This document shows, piece after piece, positions 56,695 to 64,000 of a DNA stretch of 64,000 bases (the stretch's first letter is position 1; every line of letters starts with the position of its first letter). The notes below the pieces were generated by a model that was given only the letters and a program-made list of their open reading frames with translations, was not told where the DNA came from and made no database searches. Location of the stretch: the NCBI GenBank assembly GCA_025999275.1, contig AP024680.1, forward strand, positions 492,522 to 556,521. The letters run 5' to 3'. The translations under genes were made by a program, and so were the position numbers. Source of the stretch: Patescibacteria group bacterium (GTDB lineage: Bacteria > Patescibacteriota > Microgenomatia > UBA8517).

Positions 56695-58357
56695 TGAAAT
56701 CGATAAAAAATTAGTAGTCCTTTTGGTTCTTGATGGTTGGGGTCTGGCACCTCCTGGACCAGGCAATGCCATAAGTTTAGCTGAAACTCCAAATATGAAT
56801 AGATTTTGGGCGTCCTTTCCTCATACCCAACTTATAGCATCTGGTGATGCTGTAGGCTTACCAAGGGGAGAGGCTGGTAATACAGAAACTGGCCACCTTA
56901 ATCTTGGTGCAGGCAGAATTGTTTATCAAGATTTAGAGAGAATTAATATGGCAATAGCTGATGGTTCTTTTTTTCAAAACCCAGTTTTAAAACAAGCTTT
57001 AGAACATGCTCAAAAGTTTAATTCCAAAATTCATCTCCTTGGTCTTTTGGGTGCAGGCGGTGTTCACTCTAGCGCTGAACATCTTTATGCTTTGATTAGG
57101 TATTTTGGTTCCCAAAAGTTTGATCGTCTTTTCTTGCATATCATAACCGATGGTCGAGATTCTCCTCCTACCGCTTCTGCTTCCTATATAAATTCTTTAA
57201 GAAATGTAATAAAGAAAGAGGGAGTAGGAACAATAGCTTCTTTAATGGGAAGATATTGGGCAATGGACAGGGATAGACGTTGGGACAGAACTCAAAAAGC
57301 TTATGAAGCTTTAACAGAAGGAAAGGGAAATCTCGTCAAAACACCCGAAGAAGCTATTTCTTATTCTTATTCTGAAGGCAAGACCGACGAATTTATAGAA
57401 CCTGCACTAATTTCAGATCAAGAAGGTAAACCTATATCACTAATATCTGATAACGATGTCGTTATATTTTTTAACTTTAGAATCGACAGACCAAGACAAC
57501 TAACTGCGGCCTTTATTGTTGAAGACTTTAGCAACACCAGTATAGCCTTGGATTTCGACCCATATCTTGAAAGATACGAAAAAACACACTTAATCGGTAA
57601 GGTTGCATACTATCAACGGGTTTTTGAAAGAAAAGTTAAATTGAACAATCTCTTCTTTTGTACAATGACAGAATATAGCAAGTCCTTGACAGCAAGTGGA
57701 GCTCATGCACTCTTCCCTCCTGAGATTGTAGAAATGCCTCTAGGAAGAGTAATTTCTGAGAATTCTTTAAGACAAATGAGAATTTCTGAATCTGAAAAAG
57801 AAAGATTTGTAACTTTTTATTTCAATGGTCAAAGAGAAAACCCATTTCCAGGAGAGGAAAAAATAATTGTTCCTTCACCAAATGTCCCAACCTATGATTT
57901 AAAACCAGAAATGTCAGTTTACGAGGTTACTGAAAAAGTGATTTCCACTTTAAAACAGGATGGATATGCTTTTGTACTAGTCAATTTTGCTAATCCTGAT
58001 ATGGTAGGGCATACTGGCAATATTGGAGCTGCTGTTAGAGCCTGCCAAGCAGTAGATGAATGTGTTGGTAAAATTGCCAATTTTATCCTAGCATTTGGAG
58101 GATGTTTAGTAATTACGGCTGATCATGGAAATGTTGAGGTTATGATTGATCCCAAGACTGGACAAATTGAGACAGAACATGACAACTCTCCTGTGCCGTT
58201 TATAGTTGTTTCAAGAAAGTTAATTGGAAAATCTCAAACTTTAATTTCGGGAATTTTAGCAGATGTTGCTCCAACCGTACTTTATCTTCTTGGCATTAAT
58301 CCACCGGCATCGATGACTGGTAGAAATTTACTTTCTGGGTTGAATTTTTCTAGTTAG
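56684..58357 (+). CDS. gpmI: 2,3-bisphosphoglycerate-independent phosphoglycerate mutase
   Basis: 'LLVLDGWGLAPPGPGNAI', 'TDGRDSPP' and 'ADHGN' are iPGM signatures. Confidence 0.9.
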   Translation: MPPNEIDKKLVVLLVLDGWGLAPPGPGNAISLAETPNMNRFWASFPHTQLIASGDAVGLPRGEAGNTETGHLNLGAGRIVYQDLERINMAIADGSFFQNPVLKQALEHAQKFNSKIHLLGLLGAGGVHSSAEHLYALIRYFGSQKFDRLFLHIITDGRDSPPTASASYINSLRNVIKKEGVGTIASLMGRYWAMDRDRRWDRTQKAYEALTEGKGNLVKTPEEAISYSYSEGKTDEFIEPALISDQEGKPISLISDNDVVIFFNFRIDRPRQLTAAFIVEDFSNTSIALDFDPYLERYEKTHLIGKVAYYQRVFERKVKLNNLFFCTMTEYSKSLTASGAHALFPPEIVEMPLGRVISENSLRQMRISESEKERFVTFYFNGQRENPFPGEEKIIVPSPNVPTYDLKPEMSVYEVTEKVISTLKQDGYAFVLVNFANPDMVGHTGNIGAAVRACQAVDECVGKIANFILAFGGCLVITADHGNVEVMIDPKTGQIETEHDNSPVPFIVVSRKLIGKSQTLISGILADVAPTVLYLLGINPPASMTGRNLLSGLNFSS

Positions 58358-58967
58358 AATATTTTCTAATTAGACCGACCACCCTACCTTGAACTCTAAC
58401 ATTCTTTACAAAAATCGGACTCATCTTAGCGTTAGCAGGCTCTAGCCTAATTCTAGTAGCCTCTTTGAAAAATTTCTTTAATGTAGCCATGCCATTATCA
58501 AGAAGTGCAACTACAATATCTCCATTTTTGGCAGTTTGAGTCTCTTCACAAACTACATAATCTCCATCTCTAATTTGCTCTTCAATCATTGAGTCTCCTC
58601 TTACTTGAAGAACAAAAACCCTTTTGTTGTCACTTGCAAATGAAGGGGGAATTCCAATTTTTGCGTTTGGATCACTATAAGGCTCAATAGGCAGGCCTGC
58701 TGCTATATATCCTAAAACCGGGACTTCTACTCCTTTGGGAGAAAAACTGATCTCTTCATCCAAAATTTCTATATTCTTGCCTCTATTGGTTCTTTTTATC
58801 AAACCTTGCTTTTCAAGATTGGTTAAATGTTCGTGAATTGTAGAAAGCGAAGAAACTCCAGTGGCCTCGGCAATTTTTCTTAATGTAGGGGCAACACCAT
58901 ACTTTTGGATGTATTGCTTCAAAAAATCTAGTATAATAGCTTGCCTCCTGTAGACAACTGGGGTCAT
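58350..58967 (-). CDS. lexA: LexA repressor (S24 peptidase)
   Basis: N-terminal winged HTH, Ala-Gly cleavage site 'YIAAGLP', catalytic Ser 'GDSMIE' and Lys 'KKF'. Confidence 0.8.
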   Translation of the reverse strand: MTPVVYRRQAIILDFLKQYIQKYGVAPTLRKIAEATGVSSLSTIHEHLTNLEKQGLIKRTNRGKNIEILDEEISFSPKGVEVPVLGYIAAGLPIEPYSDPNAKIGIPPSFASDNKRVFVLQVRGDSMIEEQIRDGDYVVCEETQTAKNGDIVVALLDNGMATLKKFFKEATRIRLEPANAKMSPIFVKNVRVQGRVVGLIRKYSN

Positions 58968-59014
58968 ATTATTTAAGTTTTACCAAAAATAACCCGAATT
59001 TGTCAACAACTAAA

Positions 59015-61030
59015 ATGAAAAAATTTAATCTAGAATTAACTTATAAACCAACCTTAGAACAAAAAAGGGCTGTGGAAGAATTGGCAAAGGGATATCAAGA
59101 CGGCAATCTCTATCAAGTTTTATTAGGTGTAACCGGTTCTGGAAAAACATTTGTAATGGCTAATTTAATTGAAAAATTACAAATGCCAGCTCTAATAATC
59201 TCTCATAACAAAACTTTGGCAGGTCAGCTTTATCAAGAGATGAGAGAATTTTTTCCCAAAAATGCGGTTTCTTTTTTTATTTCCTATTATGATTATTATC
59301 AACCAGAAGCATACATTCCTTCAACTGACACATATATTGAAAAAGACTCGGCTGTAAATGAACTTATAGATAAACTAAGGCTTGAAACAACAGCCAACCT
59401 TTTAAGTAGAGATGATGTTATCGTTGTTGCTTCAGTTTCTTGCATTTATAACTTGGGTTCTCCAAAATCTTATGGAAATTTCTCTCTAAAAGTAAAATTG
59501 GGTAGTAGACTATCACAAAAAGAACTAATAGACAAACTAATAGACTTACAATATGAACGCAATGAATTCGACTTTAGAAGAGGAACTTTTCGTTTACGCG
59601 GTGATTATATAGATATCTACTTGGCCTACATAGATAAAGGAGTAAGAATCTATATTGAATATGATCAACTGAGAAACATTTCTTACTTTGATCCAATAAC
59701 AGGAAACAAAGAGAGCAACGAAATTGAAGAAGTAATTCTTTTTCCAGCAAAGCACTTCATAGCAGAACGTAGTGACGAAGAAGTTTTTGAAGAAATTAAA
59801 AGGGATATGGAAGAAAGGGTTAAGTTTTTTGAAAAGAAAGGCGATCTTCTTTCGGCTCAAAGAATAAAACAAAAAGTTAATTACGATTTGGAGATGATTA
59901 AAGAGTTTGGTTATGTAAAGGGAATTGAAAATTATTCCCGTTATTTTGATAACAGAAAACCTGGCGAGCCTCCATTTACACTGCTTGACTATTTTACAAA
60001 CTCCTACAAAGACAAATGGCTTTTAATAGTTGACGAATCACATATTAGCTTTCCTCAAATAAGGGGAATGTATAATGGTGATAAATCTCGAAAACAAACT
60101 TTGATAGATTACGGCTTTAGATTACCTTCAGCGCTTGATAATCGTCCTTTGAAATTTGATGAATTCTTGGATAAGATCCCAAATTTTATTGCCACTTCAG
60201 CAACCCCAGATATTTGGGAGGTAGAATATAGCCATGGAAAAGTAGTAGAACTCCTGACCAGGCCTACAGGAATACCAGATCCTGAAATCCTAATAAAACC
60301 CACCAAAAACCAAGTTGCAGATGTGATAGAGGAAATAAAAACCCAAGTCAAGAAGAAGCAGAGAACTTTGGTTACAACTTTAACTAAAAATATGGCTGAA
60401 GATCTTTCTTCTTATCTTGCAGATCAAGGTCTTAAGGTGCACTATCTTCACTCTGAAGTCAAAACCCTCGAAAGATCTGACATCTTGGAGAGCTTAAGAA
60501 AAGGAGAATACGATGTTTTAGTGGGAGTTAATTTACTAAGAGAAGGTCTTGATCTTCCAGAAGTTTCATTGGTTGCTATTCTTGATGCTGATAAAGAAGG
60601 GTTCTTGAGATCAAAAACAACATTGATTCAGACAATGGGAAGGGCTGCTAGACACGTTGAAGGTAGAGTAATTTTATATGCTGATGTAATAACTGATTCT
60701 ATAAAGGAAGCTATTAGAGAAGTAGAGAGGAGAAGAAAATACCAATTAGAAGTTAACAAAAAGTATAATATCAAGCCAAAAAGTGTTATCAAGCCAATTA
60801 GGAGCAAACTGATAGAAAAAGAAGAAACAGGAGTTTTTGATCAATTGTTTGTTAAAGAATCTACTTTTGGTAATTTAGATAAATTTGATATCGATAGTCT
60901 AACACCTCTTGACAGAAAAAAATTAGTTAAGAAATTAAGACAAGAAATGAATCTTGCTGCTAACGATCTTGATTTTGAACTTGCTATTAAAATTAGAGAT
61001 AAAATCAGAGAAATTGAAAGCATAAAATAA
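59015..61030 (+). CDS. uvrB: Excinuclease ABC subunit B
   Basis: 'LLGVTGSGKTF' Walker A, helicase motifs, 'DESH', and C-terminal UVR domain 'ELAIKIRDKIREI'. The track starts at the TTG at 59000. The ATG at 59015 is the likely start. Confidence 0.95.
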   Translation: MKKFNLELTYKPTLEQKRAVEELAKGYQDGNLYQVLLGVTGSGKTFVMANLIEKLQMPALIISHNKTLAGQLYQEMREFFPKNAVSFFISYYDYYQPEAYIPSTDTYIEKDSAVNELIDKLRLETTANLLSRDDVIVVASVSCIYNLGSPKSYGNFSLKVKLGSRLSQKELIDKLIDLQYERNEFDFRRGTFRLRGDYIDIYLAYIDKGVRIYIEYDQLRNISYFDPITGNKESNEIEEVILFPAKHFIAERSDEEVFEEIKRDMEERVKFFEKKGDLLSAQRIKQKVNYDLEMIKEFGYVKGIENYSRYFDNRKPGEPPFTLLDYFTNSYKDKWLLIVDESHISFPQIRGMYNGDKSRKQTLIDYGFRLPSALDNRPLKFDEFLDKIPNFIATSATPDIWEVEYSHGKVVELLTRPTGIPDPEILIKPTKNQVADVIEEIKTQVKKKQRTLVTTLTKNMAEDLSSYLADQGLKVHYLHSEVKTLERSDILESLRKGEYDVLVGVNLLREGLDLPEVSLVAILDADKEGFLRSKTTLIQTMGRAARHVEGRVILYADVITDSIKEAIREVERRRKYQLEVNKKYNIKPKSVIKPIRSKLIEKEETGVFDQLFVKESTFGNLDKFDIDSLTPLDRKKLVKKLRQEMNLAANDLDFELAIKIRDKIREIESIK

Positions 61031-61034
61031 AAAT

Positions 61035-63935
61035 ATGGAACAGTTGATTAAAATTAGAGGAGCAAGACAACATAATCTCAAAAATATTAATCTTGATATT
61101 CCCAAAAATAAGATGGTTGTTTTTACCGGAGTGTCAGGAAGCGGAAAAACTTCTCTTGCTTTTGATACCATCTACGCCGAAGGACAAAGAAGATATGTTG
61201 AATCACTTTCAACTTACGCCAGACAGTTTTTGGGGGTAATGGATAAACCCGATGTAGATTTAATCGAAGGTTTATCACCTGCTATCTCTATAGACCAAAA
61301 AACTACTTCTCATAATCCAAGGTCAACTGTGGGAACAATTACTGAAATATACGATTATTTAAGGTTACTTTTTGCAAAAATAGGCCACCCTCATTGTCCT
61401 GTTTGTGGCAGAGAAATTTCTCATCAAAGCATAGATGAAATTGTCGAAAGTGTGATTCAATTGATAGCTTCAAAAGTTTCTGAAAAAAAGGCGGTAAGAT
61501 TTTTCATCCTTTCTCCGGTGGTTAGGCAAAGAAAGGGGGAGTTTGGAGCTTTATTTGCCAATCTAAAAGCCAAGGGGTATTCAAAATCAAGAATAGATGG
61601 TTATTTTAAATCTTTGGAAGAGGATTTGTTTTTAATCAAAACCAACAAGCATTCTATAGATGTAGTCATTGACAAATTCAGTATTAGTGAGAAAAACTTA
61701 AAGGACAAACTGTTTTTCAACAATTTCAAGGCAAGACTAGTCAATTCTATTTCTCAGGCATTGAATCTATCTGAGGGTAATGTGATTTTAGCTGAAATAT
61801 TGGATGCTGGCTTTGAAATTCCCGACAATCCTCGAGAGGTTAAGGATCACCTTTTTTCTGAACTTTTTGCTTGTCCAATTGATAATATTCAAATTCCAGA
61901 AATTGAACCTAGAACTTTTTCATTTAATTCACCACAGGGAGCATGTCCAAACTGTGGCGGGTTAGGCAAAGTATTAAAGATTGACCCCCAGAAAATCTTT
62001 TCAGCCGAGCTTTCAATAACAGAGGGGGGAATTTTGCCATTCTCACGTCTTTTTGAAAAAAATACTTGGTATTCAAGAATTATCCTGAAAGTTTGCCAAG
62101 AAAACGGAATAAATCCAAAAGAGCCAATTAAATCTTACTCAAAGGAACAACTTGATATTTTGCTTTATGGAACAGGAGATAAACTTTATCAAGTTGAGGG
62201 GTTAAATCGATTTGGTAAACCAACTTCAATCTTGGAAAATTTTAAAGGAATAGTTGCTGAACTGGAAGATAAATATTCTCAAACCACATCCGATTTTGTC
62301 AAACAAGAAATAGAAAAGTACATGAAAGAAGAAACTTGTGAGGTTTGTAAAGGAACTCGACTTAAAAAAGAAGCTTTGTCAATTACTATCGCTGAGAAAT
62401 CAATAGCAGATATAGTTGATTTACAAGTCAAGGATTTAATTATCTGGATAGAAAAATTACCAGAAAAAATTAGCGAGAGGGAAAAAGTTGTTTCTCAAAT
62501 AATAATCAAGGAGATAAAAGAGAGGTTAAATTTCCTTTCTTCAGTTGGACTTGATTATCTTTCTTTGGGCAGATCTTCATCATCTCTTTCTGGTGGAGAA
62601 GCTCAAAGGATAAGACTAGCCAGTCAAATTGGTTCTGGATTAACAGGGGTTCTTTATGTTTTAGATGAGCCAACTATTGGTCTACACCCCAAGGATAATC
62701 AAAAACTAATTGATACACTCAAAAAACTTCGTGATCTTGGTAATACAGTAATAGTAGTAGAACATGATAGAGAAATGATAGAGCAGTCAGATTGGGTAAT
62801 TGACTTTGGTCCTGAAGCTGGAGAAAAAGGTGGAAGCGTAATCTTTGAGGGGACACCAGATCAAATTAAAAATGACAGCAAATCTTTAACAGGACTTTAT
62901 CTATCAGGAAAAAGGTCTATTAATATTGGTGGAACAAATAATCTTTTTCCAAAAGGGGAAATTAAACTATTTAAAGCATCTCGACACAACCTAAAAGATA
63001 TTGATGTTGCTTTTCCATTGGGTAAGATGGTGGTAATAACAGGCGTTTCAGGAAGTGGAAAATCTACTCTTTTGGTAGATACTCTTTACCCCGCTCTTCA
63101 AAGTTACCTAAACTTTGGGTATATAGATAAAGATTTGCATCTAAAAGACTTAAAGATAAATGGAAAAGTCGATAAAGTAATACTCATTGACCAGTCACCA
63201 ATTGGAAGAACTCCCCGCAGCAATCCTGCTACATATACCAAAGTCTTTGATTTGATCAGAGAAGTTTTTGCCAACACCAGAGAAGCAAAAGCGATGGGAT
63301 TTAAAAAAGGAAGGTTTTCTTTTAATGTAAAAGGGGGTCGATGTGAAGTTTGTGAAGGGCAAGGGCAAATAAAAATAGAGATGCAATTTATGAGTGATAT
63401 TTGGATTACTTGTGATGTTTGCCATGGCAGAAGATACAACAACGCCACATTGGAAGTAAATTTTAGAGGAAAAAATATTGCTGAAGTTTTAGATATGTCG
63501 GTCGATGAGGCTTTAGAGTATTTCCACTCTTATTCGCAAATAATACACAAACTTGAAACACTTAAAGAAGTAGGCCTTGGCTATATTAAGCTTGGTCAAC
63601 CAGCAACAACACTTTCAGGTGGAGAGGCCCAAAGAGTTAAATTAGCAGCAGAACTCTCAAAAAAATCAACTGGAAATACTGTATATATCTTAGACGAACC
63701 CACAACTGGTCTTCATTTTGCTGATGTAGAAAAACTTCTTAAAGTTTTAAGGCTTTTGGTTGAAAGGGGCAATAGTGTTTTTATGATCGAACACAATCTT
63801 GATGTAATTAAAAATGCAGATTTTATTATCGATCTTGGCCCTGAAGGTGGCGAAGCTGGTGGATACGTCTTAGCTACAGGAACCAGAGAAGAAATTAAAA
63901 AGAACGCTTTATCTTATACAGCAAAATATCTCTAA
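61035..63935 (+). CDS. uvrA: Excinuclease ABC subunit A
   Basis: Two ABC ATPase modules ('GVSGSGKTSLAFDT', 'GVSGSGKSTLLVD'), zinc-finger CxxC pairs and 'LSGGEAQR' signature motifs. Confidence 0.95.
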   Translation: MEQLIKIRGARQHNLKNINLDIPKNKMVVFTGVSGSGKTSLAFDTIYAEGQRRYVESLSTYARQFLGVMDKPDVDLIEGLSPAISIDQKTTSHNPRSTVGTITEIYDYLRLLFAKIGHPHCPVCGREISHQSIDEIVESVIQLIASKVSEKKAVRFFILSPVVRQRKGEFGALFANLKAKGYSKSRIDGYFKSLEEDLFLIKTNKHSIDVVIDKFSISEKNLKDKLFFNNFKARLVNSISQALNLSEGNVILAEILDAGFEIPDNPREVKDHLFSELFACPIDNIQIPEIEPRTFSFNSPQGACPNCGGLGKVLKIDPQKIFSAELSITEGGILPFSRLFEKNTWYSRIILKVCQENGINPKEPIKSYSKEQLDILLYGTGDKLYQVEGLNRFGKPTSILENFKGIVAELEDKYSQTTSDFVKQEIEKYMKEETCEVCKGTRLKKEALSITIAEKSIADIVDLQVKDLIIWIEKLPEKISEREKVVSQIIIKEIKERLNFLSSVGLDYLSLGRSSSSLSGGEAQRIRLASQIGSGLTGVLYVLDEPTIGLHPKDNQKLIDTLKKLRDLGNTVIVVEHDREMIEQSDWVIDFGPEAGEKGGSVIFEGTPDQIKNDSKSLTGLYLSGKRSINIGGTNNLFPKGEIKLFKASRHNLKDIDVAFPLGKMVVITGVSGSGKSTLLVDTLYPALQSYLNFGYIDKDLHLKDLKINGKVDKVILIDQSPIGRTPRSNPATYTKVFDLIREVFANTREAKAMGFKKGRFSFNVKGGRCEVCEGQGQIKIEMQFMSDIWITCDVCHGRRYNNATLEVNFRGKNIAEVLDMSVDEALEYFHSYSQIIHKLETLKEVGLGYIKLGQPATTLSGGEAQRVKLAAELSKKSTGNTVYILDEPTTGLHFADVEKLLKVLRLLVERGNSVFMIEHNLDVIKNADFIIDLGPEGGEAGGYVLATGTREEIKKNALSYTAKYL

Positions 63936-64000
63936 TCCTTGTTATACTAAACTTGATGCGAAAATTAATATTAATCATTTATTTAGTTATAACAATTTTC

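Noticed and set aside
58968-59014. Canonical LexA/SOS box
   Set aside because: Neither the CTGT-N8-ACAG nor the GAAC-N4-GTTC dyad is present in the lexA-uvrB intergenic region, so no operator feature was called.
1-64000. CRISPR arrays, transposases, integrases, prophage genes
   Set aside because: I looked for regularly spaced direct repeats and for DDE/tyrosine-recombinase-like ORFs. None were seen. The only tandem repeats are the coding TP-linker tract and the short tRNA-Asp leader repeats.

Overview
This is an AT-rich window (by eye roughly one-third GC) that is densely coded and looks like a small-genome bacterium, CPR/Patescibacteria-like in gene content and compactness. Most of it is a housekeeping backbone. 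It includes a streamlined dcw division cluster (rsmH-ftsL-ftsI ... mraY-ftsW-murG-ftsQ-ftsA-ftsZ), ileS, rodA, rplU, rpmA, parB, lepB, guaB, five tRNA genes, polX, lemA-htpX, gatC-gatA-[MFS]-gatB, a GGDEF protein, dnaE, rplS, ruvC, a glycolysis block (ppsA-eno-gpmI), and lexA next to uvrB-uvrA. The accessory portion lies at about 17.5-30 kb. Immediately after a tRNA-Val gene there is a minus-strand operon encoding (1) a secreted LCAT-like alpha/beta-hydrolase (lipase) with an N-terminal jelly-roll domain and a Thr/Pro linker, (2) a radical SAM maturase with an N-terminal PqqD-like RiPP-recognition element and a C-terminal SPASM domain, and (3) a 78-aa precursor-like peptide. The peptide has a 22-aa leader and a core with 12 Cys separated by short Pro-containing spacers (most clearly C-x-P-[N/S/E/D]-C). 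I consider this a candidate new ranthipeptide/sactipeptide-type RiPP system and the most interesting feature in the window. Next to it is an 8-gene surface-glycosylation island (GT4, GtrB-like GT2, Wzx flippase, methyltransferase, two GT2s, and a Wzy_C/O-antigen-ligase-like protein that may be an O-oligosaccharyltransferase) followed by a membrane-anchored Ig-like protein. No CRISPR array, transposase or integrase is visible. All calls come from reading the sequence and the ORF track, and no database searches were run.
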